Origin: a virus
Taxonomy: Duplodnaviria; Caudoviricetes
DNA: 64,000 nucleotides
Strand: one strand, 5' to 3'
Virus record (IMG/VR): IMGVR_UViG_3300014039_000024
Coordinates: 1-64,000 of that record
Part shown: positions 28,801 to 40,235 of the stretch, piece by piece
Layout: every line of letters begins with the position of its first letter
Position numbering within the stretch: the first letter of the stretch is position 1
Position numbers and translations under genes: made by a program
Notes under the pieces: model-generated
What the model was told of the DNA's origin: nothing
Database searches by the model: none
What the model saw: only the letters and a program-made list of their open reading frames with translations

Positions 28801-31117
28801 AATCTTCTGCTCTATCATCAAACTCTTTGGCAGCTCTACCCGTTAAACCAAATCGTTCTTTTAATGCTTGAATCTGTGCCGCTGCTTCATAGGCAGTATC
28901 AGATAATAAGTCTTCAGCATTAAGATTTCCTAAATTATGTAGCTCTTCTTCGAGATCTTCTGCATTCATCATGCCATTCTCAAACTAGAAAGCTAAAGTC
29001 CTTACCTAATCAGCAGTTTTTCCAAAATGAACTTGATCTAAAGCTTTAGCTAAATTTTCAAATTCATTATGAAGTTCAGTAGAATTACTTTTTAAATTTC
29101 CAATTTTTTCATTAATAGTATTTAAAGCAGAAGCTCCTTGGCGGCCAGTTTCTATAATACTATCTAAGTCTTGTCTAGTTGAAGAATAAGTGCTTAAATT
29201 ACTTTCAATATCACCTGTAGAATTATTTCTTATAATTGATCTTAAACTACTATTATAATCTTGTAATTTTTCGACCGCCTGATCTTTTGACTAAGCCGCT
29301 TTAATAACCTATTCCCCATAGGCTTGATTAATCGCAAGTAAATTTTCTAACTATTGTCTTTCCTCCGCAGTTATATCGCCAGAAATTTTTTGAATTTCTT
29401 TTTTCAATTCTAAGGTATATTTTAATTGTTCTCCAGAAACGGCATCTGCTTCAGTAACATTATCAAAAGCCATATTAGAAGCTCTAGTATAGACTTCTTC
29501 TTTCACCTATTCAGCAGAACGTTTAGTTAAACCTAGTAAGGACTATATACCAAAACCAACATTACTTAACCCCTGAGCAATTTGCTAATTAAAAACTCGT
29601 GTAAACACAACTCCAATAGCAGCAATTACTCCTGGTAAACCGCCCATACTTTCTATTAAATCATTTATTTTATCTAAGACGTCAGCCAATAAATCATTTA
29701 ACGTGATAAAAAATTTATCATTAATTAATTCTGCATAAATTCCCTATGCTGCCGCTTTTACACGGTCTCTCGCGGCTTCCCAAGATTCTGCATAAATATC
29801 TGCTTGTTCTTGGAGAGAACCATCTGCATTCTATGCTTTCTCAAGATTCTCTTTATAATAATCAAAATTATCCATCAAAGCAATTAATTGAGTATACTGA
29901 CGAACACCAGCAACCTATTGCGCTAATGCCACTTGTTCTGCTTTACTAATAGTATCCCATTTAGATCCCATTTCTTCAAGCAAATCATCCATATCCTTTA
30001 ATTGCCCATTAGAATCTTTAATATTAATTCCAACTTTTTCAAGAGCTTGTGAATATTGATTTAATGTAGTGCCATCTTCAAGTGTCTCGCCAAGCTTTAA
30101 ACCTTGAATACGAGCAAAAATAGTCTTTAAAGAAGTACCTACAACATCTTCGCTTTGACGTGTTGTAGCAGTAATGGTTGCCAAGGCAGCCGCTGCATTA
30201 TCAAAACTTAAACCAATCGTATTGGCTACAGCTGCAAACTTTTCAAGACCACCAGCAATTTCATCAGTACTAGATGCGGTATCGGCGCCTAAACGCACCA
30301 TTGCATCAGCATAATGCTCTAATGACTAGCTTCCGTCATAAAAATTATTCCAAACAGCAGTCATTTGATCTGAGACGATTTCAGCACTTTCGCGCGCCAC
30401 ATTTGCCATTTTAATAGTAATATCAGTACGCTCTTTTACTTGCTCATCATCTAAACCCTATTGATAATAAATTAAAGCAGCATCAGTATACTCAGTAGTA
30501 GTTGTACTTAATGCCTTAGCTGCTGTATTTGCCTATTTAGCAAATTTAGCCATTTGGTCAACACTCTAACCAGTGACAATACGAATATTGTTCAAAGATT
30601 CATTTAAATCTTCTGCATAGCGATAGGCGCTCGAAATTGCTCCAGTAAAACTGTGTAATGCACTAGAAGAAATTTGCCAGCGGGCAGTATTCTTCAAAAC
30701 AGTCCACATTTCAGAGATTAAAGCACTTGTTCTCTTTAACGGGACGTCAGCTTCAACAATAGATTGAGCCAAGGACATAAAGGCCTTTTGTCCTTCTGGC
30801 CCCAATTCTATTAAATTATTCTATAATTTTTCTAAGCTTAAATTACTCTATTTCAAAGATTGAGAAAATTTAGTCAAATCCATTTTCCCAGTTTTTATAT
30901 TTACAGTTTGAGATAAAATAGTCTATAACTTAGAAGCGGCTATTTGTGCTTCTGTCAATTCTTTTGTTATAGGTAATTTTTGAGTCTGTACTTCATTTAT
31001 TGAAGATTTTAATAAATTATCTAACTGAAGCTATAAATCTTTAATTTGGTTCTATGCAGATTTAGAGTCAGCAGTAAATTGTAAATTAACCTAATAACTA
31101 TTTAATTGTTTAGCCAT
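22874..31117 (-). CDS. Tail tape measure protein, 2747 aa
   Basis: ATG with GAAAGGAG RBS; nine ORF fragments in one frame, interruptions checked are TAG; TMP core (AAALATITATTRQSEDVVGTSLKTIFARI), hydrophobic Ala-rich segment, long helical repeats, C-terminal GFRSGGYTG..LHQKELVLN. Confidence 0.88.
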
Positions 31118-31153
31118 AGAAATCTCCTTTCTCTCCAAGTTTTATCTTTATAT

Positions 31154-31194
31154 AAAAATAAAACGGGGATAAGAGCAATTATACTCTTATCCCC
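31154..31194 (-). terminator. Rho-independent terminator
   Basis: 11-bp stem GGGGATAAGAG/CTCTTATCCCC with U-rich tail on the minus strand. Confidence 0.75.
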
Positions 31195-31239
31195 ATCACT
31201 CTATTATTTTTCAAAAAATAATATTATTAACTAATTTAA

Positions 31240-31773
31240 TTAGCCCAATTTAGTAAGCACATCTTTCAATAGGGCCATATTATCTGGATCATTCAACTTC
31301 TTTTGAATATCTGTTGCATCCAAATCTAAATTACTATAATCCGCGGAAATTGCTTCCATAATACCCATCGCGGAATTACGATATGCTACAATATTATTAG
31401 CCATTTCATGAGTTGTTTTATTTAAATAATAAAACTCTCCGTCGGGCACAAGACCAATAATAAGATTAAGCACCTTAGAAGCATTAAGCATATCATAAAG
31501 TTTCATTGGATCTTCCTTCTGTTTTTCGGTAAACGAAATATTACTATAAGCATAGACAATCTCTAAACCGAGATTCATATCTAACTTTAAAAGATTATAA
31601 TATCCAGTATTTTCATCTACTGAATTATTTAATACACGAGTAATTAATTCACTCTTTTCTACAATGGGAAGATATTGCTTTACTTCAATAGTCTAATCAT
31701 TATATTCAACAGTTTGAACTTTATTAAGTTCATCCTTAGTAATTCCTAATTTATTATATGAAATTTTAGCCAT
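31240..31773 (-). CDS. 177-aa probable tail assembly chaperone
   Basis: ATG with AAGGAGG RBS, one TAG; acidic helical protein immediately upstream of the tape measure; function inferred from position. Confidence 0.55.
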
Positions 31774-31800
31774 AACTAGCCTCCTTTTACTCTTTATTGT

Positions 31801-31829
31801 ATTATACAAAAAATTTTTTGTTCAGTCAA
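31801..31829 (-). promoter_or_regulatory. Sigma-A-type promoter inside the virion module
   Basis: TTGACT-17-TATAAT on the minus strand, ~28 nt upstream of the 31773 start. Confidence 0.75.
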
Positions 31830-31834
31830 TTTTC

Positions 31835-32938
31835 TTAAAGATTCGAAAATTTACTTTGATTAATTCTAATACGTCCATACAATGCTTTTTCCCAGTCTAT
31901 ATCTCCATTAAAATAATCATCATCAATATTATCAACAAGTTCTTTTACTACAGTTATAGTTGGAATAACTTTAATTGTTCCATTTAAATTTAATACTAAA
32001 AATTTAGTATAATTACCACCAATTAATTTATTTAATGCAGTATCTACATAGTTAGATTTTCCACCTGTTAATTCATAAATTGCTCTTAATCTATAAAAAT
32101 ATTTAGGAGCATCAGGATGCTCTTTTGGATAGTGTCTCTGTTTGCAAGCCAACATACGATAATATCTTTGTATTTTGCTAGAAGCCCCACTAAGAGGAAT
32201 CATAGTCATAAAAACGCGGAAAGGATTTGTTGATCCTAGCTCAATCTAAGTATTAGACATATAATTTTTTGCAGTAAAAGTAGCATTTAATAAAGCATCA
32301 TAAAGATCCTCATCTATTTGATAATGAGAATTCTGCTATATTGTATAAGTTTGCTATATTCCTATAATATCAGTTTTACCTGACACTCCTCTCATTGTCG
32401 AAATAGAATTCTAAACATCTTTTTTAATCTAATCTCCTGCTTTCTTATATATATCGCCCATTAGATTTTTAATATCGTCATCAATATTTTTAGATAAATC
32501 AATAACATTAACTTGTCCTGTTCCAGCTTTTTTACTTGCACTTGTAATAGTCATGCTTCTATTACCCGCAAAATAATTCTCCGCTGTTGCTACTGCTTCA
32601 GCCACTACATTTTCAAAATACTTACCACGAGAATCATTATTATCCAAATTTTTGGGGATATTAAACAAAAAATTCATTGAAGAAAATAAATCTGGATTAA
32701 TCTATTCTAAAGAATCTAATAATTCTGCCATTTGAGTATCTTGAACTACATTTCCTTGTTGTCGGTTTTGAATACTTCTAAAAAATTCTTCCAACTTCTT
32801 TGCTTGCTTTTCCTAAGTTCCTCTCGCATGCAGTTTTTGGCTCATACTTCTTTTTGTATAATCATAAGATTTTTTTAAAAAATCCTAAGTATTCATTTCT
32901 CGCGGACTTGCTTTAATGCTTCTCTATAATGAATTCAT
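31835..32938 (-). CDS. 367-aa hypothetical protein
   Basis: ATG with AAGGAGG RBS; codon 5 is TAG; fragments 32429-32677 and 31835-32209 in frame; TAA stop. Confidence 0.7.
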
Positions 32939-32961
32939 AAATCCTCCTTTTCCACATAACG

Positions 32962-32997
32962 AAAAAAATGGGAGAGAATATTTCTATTCTCTCCCAT
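32962..32997 (-). terminator. Rho-independent terminator after tail tube operon
   Basis: 13-bp stem ATGGGAGAGAATA/TATTCTCTCCCAT plus U7. Confidence 0.8.
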
Positions 32998-33000
32998 TAA

Positions 33001-33186
33001 TTAATCTTCTTTATCTAATTCAGATAAAATCTTACTTACCTCGTCTTCCTGTGAAAGAATTACTTCCTCAACAGGTTTAATAGGCTCTTTCTTTATTACA
33101 GCCTTTTCTACTTTTGGCTGCTTTTTAGTAGATTCTTTTTTAGGCTGTTTCGGTGGAGTATATTTTACTGGACCTTTTACAACCAT
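33001..33186 (-). CDS. 61-aa Lys/Pro/Glu-rich small protein
   Basis: ATG with GGAGG RBS; no TAG; TAA stop. Confidence 0.65.
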   Translation of the reverse strand: MVVKGPVKYTPPKQPKKESTKKQPKVEKAVIKKEPIKPVEEVILSQEDEVSKILSELDKED

Positions 33187-33191
33187 ATTAA

Positions 33192-34214
33192 TTAACCTCC
33201 GATACCCGTTGAGGCTACAGCTTTATCAGCGGCAGTAGACATACGGATACCGTTGTCACTCTCTTCACTCTCTTCAATAATCTGGATAGCAGCCAAAACC
33301 TTCTTACTATGATCGAAACGAGTATAATCAGGGAATGCGTCCATAGTAAATGTAAAGGTAGAAGGATCGCCAGAAGAGGCCATCGTGAAGTTGAAATTAG
33401 ACTGAATCTTGCAGTTAGGAATAATAAATTCAGCAGGCATATCTACACCATTCTGATTGCGGAATAAGGTAGAAGCTTCAAGATAATAGTTACCTCCAAA
33501 CTTATCAGCAGTAATTTCAATCTGCTTAGCGCCCTTACCACGCTCAGTGTAATAATCAACCATTACTGAATCGCAAGCTGCATAATCGGCTACTAAATCA
33601 TTAGCCTTATAGCTACCTTCATTAATATCTTTATAACTATCACTACGAGCAAAACTTGGCTTAATAGTAACACTATAACTACCCTTAGTTGTACTTCCCG
33701 TATGAGCGATATAGGGTTCTGAAATAATATCGCCATCTTTTACGAAGAAAATATAAGCAAAATCTTCATCAACATTACTTTCTTCTAAATAAGGGGGATA
33801 ACTAAGAGGAATAGTTAAACCATTAGTATCAATTTGCTTGTTGGAGTCAACCTTGCCAACAGTATCTTTATCAATAGTTTGAGTAACATGTTGCTTAATC
33901 TTAACAGATTTTAAACCTTCCTCATCATTACCTTCAATAAGACCAGCACCGGAAAGAATCATGAAACCTTCAGGAGAAATAAGAGCATCTTCCATAGTGA
34001 AGGTAACAGTACGCTCGCCTTCCCATGCGACTAAGTTAGTATTACCACGACCGCCCTGTGCGTATACGGTGGTAGCAGCACCTTCCATACTGGAAGTCTT
34101 TAAAGTGTCGAAATAAATAACAGGCTCATTCTTATAGAACTGTTTATTACCGATCTTTTGGTTAGCCTTAGCCTTTAAAACGACATCGCAAATTTCGCGT
34201 ACACCAAATTTCAT
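33192..34214 (-). CDS. Major tail (tube) protein, 340 aa
   Basis: Uninterrupted ORF, strong RBS; DTLKTSSMEG..YAQGGRGN..WEGERTVTFTMEDAL and FTMASSGDPSTFTFTMD resemble SPbeta-like tail tube proteins. Confidence 0.75.
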   Translation of the reverse strand: MKFGVREICDVVLKAKANQKIGNKQFYKNEPVIYFDTLKTSSMEGAATTVYAQGGRGNTNLVAWEGERTVTFTMEDALISPEGFMILSGAGLIEGNDEEGLKSVKIKQHVTQTIDKDTVGKVDSNKQIDTNGLTIPLSYPPYLEESNVDEDFAYIFFVKDGDIISEPYIAHTGSTTKGSYSVTIKPSFARSDSYKDINEGSYKANDLVADYAACDSVMVDYYTERGKGAKQIEITADKFGGNYYLEASTLFRNQNGVDMPAEFIIPNCKIQSNFNFTMASSGDPSTFTFTMDAFPDYTRFDHSKKVLAAIQIIEESEESDNGIRMSTAADKAVASTGIGG

Positions 34215-34238
34215 AGGTTTTTTTCCTCCTTAAAAAAT

Positions 34239-34964
34239 TTAATGGATATTTTTCATCCAGTTATCCGGCTTGTTATCAGGTTTCGCACCTGCTAACCTAG
34301 ACCGAATATCAATATCCCAATTAATATAAAGTTGATATCTTTCAACAAGGTCATAGAGTTGGAACATTGTTAAATCCATTAAATCCTGTAAAGACATTGA
34401 ATCAAGACCTACAGTAAGCATTGAAAGATACTAACTAAATATACTAGCATTAGCCGTGCCGTTTAATTCAGCGACACGTTGTCTACCTCGCATTAATTTG
34501 TCGGCTATCTTTTTCGCGGCCGCATTTCCAGGATTAAATCCCATTTCTTGCGAAGCATTAGACTTAAAACAAAATATTTCTTTAATATATTCTTGCAATA
34601 TATTAAAATTACTTTCATCAATCATTATTTGCGGGTCACCTTGCAAAACAATTGACCTAGGGGTAAATAAAACATTTTGCTTTGGAAACAATAATGTAAG
34701 AACCTAGATAGATGCTTGTTTTTTATCGGCCATCTCTTTTTCTTTCATCATTGTCATAAATATCTAAAAATTATTTGTTTCTCTTAAAAGACTTTCGCCC
34801 GAATTCTCTATTATGTTTTTATCAATACATAAGCACTAAATCCCCAAGAAAAGATCTTTTTCGCCTATAAAAGAAATTTCCTTTATAGATGGCTAATGAA
34901 TAGTAACTTCTAATTCTGGTATTGGCAGATCAATGCCAGTCATTAAACCAAGTCTAATATCCAT
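34239..34964 (-). CDS. 241-aa tail-completion/assembly protein
   Basis: ATG overlaps upstream TAA (TAATG coupling); MDIRLGLMTGIDLP...; joins fragments 34431-34691 and 34239-34421 via TAG. Confidence 0.65.
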
Positions 34965-35545
34965 TATTCTTCAGTTCTTTTTTTAAAGTCTTCTACAAAT
35001 CTTTCCTCGTCATTAGGATTAGGCATAAATTTCTTATCTTCTTCGCCATGGACTGCTTGATACATAAGACATAAACCAGCATATTCATCAGTTAAAATAA
35101 TTTGATTTGCACCAAGAAATTCTAACTTACCAATGCCAGTTAAATGTGTTTTATCTATCATACTATCAATTTCCGCGGCAATACGATAAGGGCGCAATTG
35201 GTAATCTTTTAAATGCCACTAATCATAATGACACACAATATCAAATTCAATAACATTATCTCTAAATTCTGGATTTCCACTCTAAACAAAATTATCAAAA
35301 TTAATAACTATATAATTTAGTACGCTTCCATCAACATAAAGCTTAGGAATTATCTTAATATTTCTATTAAACAACTAAATCATTTGTTCATCATTTAAAT
35401 CCGGTTTATCAATAGCATCTTTCGTTGTGTAATATAACAGACGTTTAAGCCTTTCATTTTTACAAAGATGCTTTACAATAATTTCTAAATCTTTTTCAAC
35501 AGAAAGAAAACTTGATTTAGGTAAATTTACACCATTAATTTTCAT
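34964..35545 (-). CDS. 193-aa neck/tail terminator-like protein
   Basis: ATG with AGGAG..AAGGTG RBS; TAG read-through; LRPYRIAAEIDSM..GIGKLEF motif; position before the tail tube gene. Confidence 0.6.
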
Positions 35546-35560
35546 AACACCTTTTACTCC

Positions 35561-36625
35561 TTAAAACAATGATTGAACTACAATTGTTTTTTTATAATCT
35601 CCATAACATAAGTCAAACTATCCGCTATATCCAGAAGTCCAACTTATTTCAACTGTTGGTTTTTTAGCTTCTTTAATAACTTTTAAAGAAACTGGCAACT
35701 TTTTATTATTTTCTATTCTCCACTCTAAAGCAACTTTACCATCAAAATAATAAGTATAAGTTTTCTTTGGAAGAATAAATGTTTCCCCTATAATATCAGT
35801 CGTCACGGGATTTGGATCGACTGGTTCCGCAATTAAAGAACCAACTGTCTTATCCTCTAAACTATCTTCCTATTCATTGATATAATATTCAACCGCGTTG
35901 ATCTCCAAAACACCAGGCATGCCTATGGAATCTACAGCTTCAACTCTCCAACAAATTAGATTATCCCCTTCGTCCTAACTATCTAAATAAAATTTAGTAT
36001 AACGTCTAAAATATCTCAATGTATCTTCATTCTTAGGCAATAAAATATTTAAAGAATAATTAGGTCTATCTACACTAATTTCATGTTTTTGAATATAATC
36101 AATTTTCGTTTCTACTGGACCGCGAATTGCTGCATAAGTAGATTTTTTCTCTCCTTCATCTACCCAATTTATTTTATAAGAGCATTTTCTAATATCCCCT
36201 CTAAAATAAGCCAATTCAGTCAAATCCTAAAGATAACAAATCCAATAGGTATTAGTTCCACACCATTCGAATATATCACCAGGTTTAAACTAATATTCAT
36301 TTCCAACAGACAAAATCTTGTCATCGTAATCCTATTTTAATTTATTAGGATTAATTAAACATCTAATAGGTTTTTTATATTCCGCGTCCTATTTAATTAT
36401 TTCCGCGGCTTGGTATGAATTCCATACCGCTCTATCTAAACTTCTACGCTTAGATAAAATCATACGTTCTTGTTGGCGGTTTCCGCCCATTTGACCGAGC
36501 CGAACCGCTGTATAATTAACGCCTTCAACAGGGCTACCTTCAAAGGGTGGTTTATCATAAATTCCTAAACGACCTTGTTGTAATCTAAAAGGTTGCTTAC
36601 TACTATAATCAAACCCTGATGCCAT
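35561..36625 (-). CDS. 354-aa head-closure/neck protein
   Basis: ATG with AGGAG RBS; three fragments joined by TAG; TAA at 35561; position in head-tail joining cluster. Confidence 0.6.
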
Positions 36626-36917
36626 AATTTATCTCCTATAAAAGACTGATTGTTTCAAATACAGTCTTACGATAAAAATTAAAATCAGTTTCTTGATTCT
36701 ATAATCCCTCAAGTTTATTTAATAGCTACAAATAAAGGGGTTCAGCGTTAAAAATCACACTAAACCCCACAATTTCATTTATAACAGTTTCTAACTATTT
36801 ATGCCAATCTTCATTGTTTTCACGCATTGGAATTAATTTCCATAATTGGTTGGTTAAACGCAAACAATTAACTTTTATACTTTCCGTCGGAATGTCAAAA
36901 TTATATTTAGTAATCAT
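36609..36917 (-). CDS. 102-aa hypothetical neck-region protein
   Basis: ATG overlapping upstream gene; four TAG codons; MITKYNFDIP...FYRKTVFETISLLQEINYGIRV, TGA stop. Confidence 0.65.
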
Positions 36918-37479
36918 ATCGACTCTTAAATACATCCCAATTAGATTCATACTCACCTTTATCATTTAAACGTCTACGTTTATATAAACGCTACATATGG
37001 TGAGATTGTCTTTGACATTCACCTAATAAACTTAATAGTTTTGATAAGTGATTTGCCTAAGAAGTAAATTTAAAATCAGAGCCACTATATTTCATTCGAG
37101 TATTCTCAATTGAAGTGACCTATCTTTGTGTCCAACCACACATCATTAAAATAGCCAGAATATTAATTTCTTCTTCAGTTAGGTCACAATTAAAACTGGA
37201 CCTATCAACTAAAACTTGAGGTTCTTCACCCGGTTCTGGAAGTTCTCCCCACACAGTTCCCACTATAAAATCATCGGGTGTAGCATCTGATTCATTAATA
37301 GTAGCAACTTCTAAATTATAATCTAAAAGATTTTTTCGCGGAAATTCAAATCCCGGAATTGCGTCAATCATAAGATTTTGCAAATCTCTCAAAGTATCTT
37401 CTGGAGTAAGTTCCAAATACATATCATCAGTAACCTTGTTTAGAAAGCGATTATAAACAGTTGAGAATAATGTTCCCAC
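36907..37479 (-). CDS. 190-aa head-tail adaptor-like protein
   Basis: GTG start with GGAGG RBS; three TAGs; FNCDLTEEEINILAILM..MKYSGSDFKFTSQANHL resembles adaptor proteins. Confidence 0.6.
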
Positions 37480-37498
37480 TTAATCGCCCTCCTATAAA

Positions 37499-38092
37499 TT
37501 ATTTCTTGGAGGAAGTTTCCTCGGTTTTATTAATTACTTTATAGCCAGAACCGCTTGTGCGACGACCCTAAGTAACAGGTTCTTCCTTTACTACACGGCG
37601 TCTAGCAGTAGGCTCTTTCTCCACAATAGTATCTTCTTCTTTACTAGCGATATCATTAGCAATTGCCTTATCGACATCAAAACCAGTCTTTTCCTTTAAG
37701 GCTCTACGCTTATTAATATCAGTAATAGGAAGGCTAACAGACAAACTCTTAATTAAATCAATAATTCCAATAGGAGCAAAATCAAGAGCGTCAAGGAAAG
37801 CGTCTAATGAGCCATTAAGAATCAAATCAGCCACTTGCTGTTCTGACATATTATACTCAGGTTCAGTACGAACATTAAGAGTATGAGTTACTTCTGGCTC
37901 TAAAATCTGTAAAAAATTAGCAATTAATTCGCGGCCACCTGCCTGATAAGTCAACTTTTCTAACTCCCCGAAAGGAATGCGTTTAGTCTCGCCGGGAGCA
38001 AACTCACGACGCAAATTACTATCAGGAATGGTATAAACAACCACGCTAGTGCTTCTATTCTTTACATTATAAATATCTTCATTGTTAATCAT
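37499..38092 (-). CDS. 197-aa capsid-operon protein
   Basis: ATG with AAGGAG RBS; single TAG at 37568, TAA at 37499. Confidence 0.7.
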
Positions 38093-38116
38093 TATTCAAT
38101 TTCTCCTTTTACTCGT

Positions 38117-38161
38117 AAAAACAAAAATATGGGGAGAGGGAGTTTAATCCCTTCTCCCCAT
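38117..38161 (-). terminator. Terminator after major capsid gene
   Basis: ATGGGGAGA/TCTCCCCAT stem plus U-rich tail. Confidence 0.75.
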
Positions 38162-38179
38162 GGAATAATTTATATTAAA

Positions 38180-39286
38180 TTAGACAGTACCATCAAGACG
38201 GCCATCGTAAGTGACAACCTTACCAGTGACACCATCATAATTCCAGGTATACATCTGACCAAGAAGTGAAGTATCAACATAAGCACAGATGTTATTAGCA
38301 AGCATGCAAACTACGCCAACCTTCTTATAGACCTGGATCTCACGAGAACGATCATAATTATTGAACTCGTCAACAATAGTACCACCCTCGAAAGCAATCT
38401 TCACAGGCTTACCATCAGCACCAGTAGGAATAACCCAAGCATAACCAGGATCAATAACCTTACGGGTATTGGTTTCATCCTCAAAGCCCTGCTCAAGAAT
38501 AATAACCTTAGTGCCCTTATAAGTAGCAAGACGACCAGTATTCCAAAGCTCACTCTTCATGGCTTCAGTGTATCTCCAAGCCTCATGAGGAATCATCTTA
38601 ACAGCAAATTCATAAGTGCAATAAATGGTAGGAGTACCATAAGCAGAAGCGATAGTGATCAAACGATCCATAGCAGCTTCATCAAAACCAGCAGCCGCAA
38701 CACGGTTAGCAGGAGGAAGCTGATTGATGGAAGACTTAAGAGCAGCAGCTACTTCCTTATAGATGAGTTCATCCATACCATCCATGATAATCTTGGTTAC
38801 TTCACCAAAATCAACACGACCATCAAGGAACTCTTCGAAGCCAATCTGAGCGGCTCCGCCGATAGCACTGGTACGAACCTCGAAGGCTTCATTCTCTTTA
38901 GGTCCAAGCTTGAAGACTTCATAAATACCAGCAAGACCGACACGAGTTACAAACTGCTTGGCACGAGCACGATTATTAAGAGGACGACGGAAGATGGGCT
39001 TATCACCTTGAGCAAAAGTCTTAACCTCAGCAAATTGATCATATTGCTGAATAACTTTCTTAGGAAGAACCTCATCGAGAGTCTGCTCAATCATAGAGAA
39101 AATAAGGTTCTTATTTTCACGATAAAGAGCATAAGTTCCAGCTAATTCATTCATCTCGTTACGAAGAGTCTCATTAAGATCTTCATAACTAAGATTCTTA
39201 CCATTATAACTATAAGCGGTAGGAGCAGAAGGATCAGCCTTAGCAACTTGCTTCATAAGAGCAACTAAATTATTTTTATCTAACAT
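38180..39286 (-). CDS. Major capsid protein (HK97-like, SPbeta-type), 368 aa
   Basis: Uninterrupted, codon-biased ORF after scaffold and 305-aa gene; IFSMIEQTLDEVLP..QFAEVKTFAQGDKPIF, followed by terminator. Confidence 0.8.
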   Translation of the reverse strand: MLDKNNLVALMKQVAKADPSAPTAYSYNGKNLSYEDLNETLRNEMNELAGTYALYRENKNLIFSMIEQTLDEVLPKKVIQQYDQFAEVKTFAQGDKPIFRRPLNNRARAKQFVTRVGLAGIYEVFKLGPKENEAFEVRTSAIGGAAQIGFEEFLDGRVDFGEVTKIIMDGMDELIYKEVAAALKSSINQLPPANRVAAAGFDEAAMDRLITIASAYGTPTIYCTYEFAVKMIPHEAWRYTEAMKSELWNTGRLATYKGTKVIILEQGFEDETNTRKVIDPGYAWVIPTGADGKPVKIAFEGGTIVDEFNNYDRSREIQVYKKVGVVCMLANNICAYVDTSLLGQMYTWNYDGVTGKVVTYDGRLDGTV

Positions 39287-39303
39287 TATCCTTTTCTCCT
39301 TTC

Positions 39304-40221
39304 TTACTTAATACGCATTACTTTGACGCCCTTTTGGCCATCAGGCATGGTGTAAACCTTAACAACCTGCCAGGTCATGGAATCGTCACCGGACTTACTA
39401 AGAATACCCTTGGTAGCTTCAGAAGGAGAAAGCTTATCTCCAACAGCAAGAGTCTCTTCATTCACCATATTTGTAGTATAGAGATCACCAACCATGGTCT
39501 TGAATACACGAGGAACCATAGAAGTGCCAGTCTCCATAAACTTCTCATGATAGATACCTAACTTATGATATGGATCATTAGTCCAATTCATTTCATATAT
39601 ATCAGGAACATCAGTGAGAACCTTATCATAATAATACTTTACAGGAACATTGGCAACCTGATGATTTTCATCAAGGGTATAATCATTACCATCATAAGTG
39701 AACTTACCATTCTCGTCAACATCATAAACGCGACCAGCAATAGTAACAGTCTTCAATCCCTGATCCGCGGAAACAGTTTGATTGATTAACTTATAAGTAT
39801 TACCCTTTTCATCAACGCCATTCCAGAAACGACCACCATACTCGACCTCAGTGTGCTCCCAGTCATATGGGCTATAAACACGAGCCTGATAGTCATCCTT
39901 GATCATAGCAAACTCGCAATCCCACTGCTTAGTGCCATCAAGATGATCGCGGTAAAGCTTAATTTCATTATAAACGAGCATCCACTCGCCTTCGCCAGTG
40001 AAGTTGACTTCGCCAATGCCATTATCATTAGCAGCATAGTCATACTTTACGAACTGACCATTTTCAAGAATCTCAATGTCTTTATTGGCAGGAAGTTGAG
40101 CATAGATTTGAGCGTTTCTCTGAGCGGAAAGGTGATTAGGCTCGACCTGACCGTAACCAAACTCAACATACTTTGCCTGAGACTTAATAGGAAGATTCTT
40201 ATTCAAAAAGTCTTTAAACAT
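39304..40221 (-). CDS. 305-aa capsid-associated (decoration-like) protein
   Basis: No TAG, strong RBS; GQVEPNHLSAQRNAQIYAQLPA..ENGQFVKYD, lies between scaffold and capsid. Confidence 0.6.
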   Translation of the reverse strand: MFKDFLNKNLPIKSQAKYVEFGYGQVEPNHLSAQRNAQIYAQLPANKDIEILENGQFVKYDYAANDNGIGEVNFTGEGEWMLVYNEIKLYRDHLDGTKQWDCEFAMIKDDYQARVYSPYDWEHTEVEYGGRFWNGVDEKGNTYKLINQTVSADQGLKTVTIAGRVYDVDENGKFTYDGNDYTLDENHQVANVPVKYYYDKVLTDVPDIYEMNWTNDPYHKLGIYHEKFMETGTSMVPRVFKTMVGDLYTTNMVNEETLAVGDKLSPSEATKGILSKSGDDSMTWQVVKVYTMPDGQKGVKVMRIK

Positions 40222-40235
40222 TTAGTATGTCCTCC

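Noticed and set aside
31200-31300. Programmed frameshift (G/GT chaperone) before the tape measure
   Set aside because: No clear slippery heptamer or downstream overlapping ORF; a terminator follows instead.
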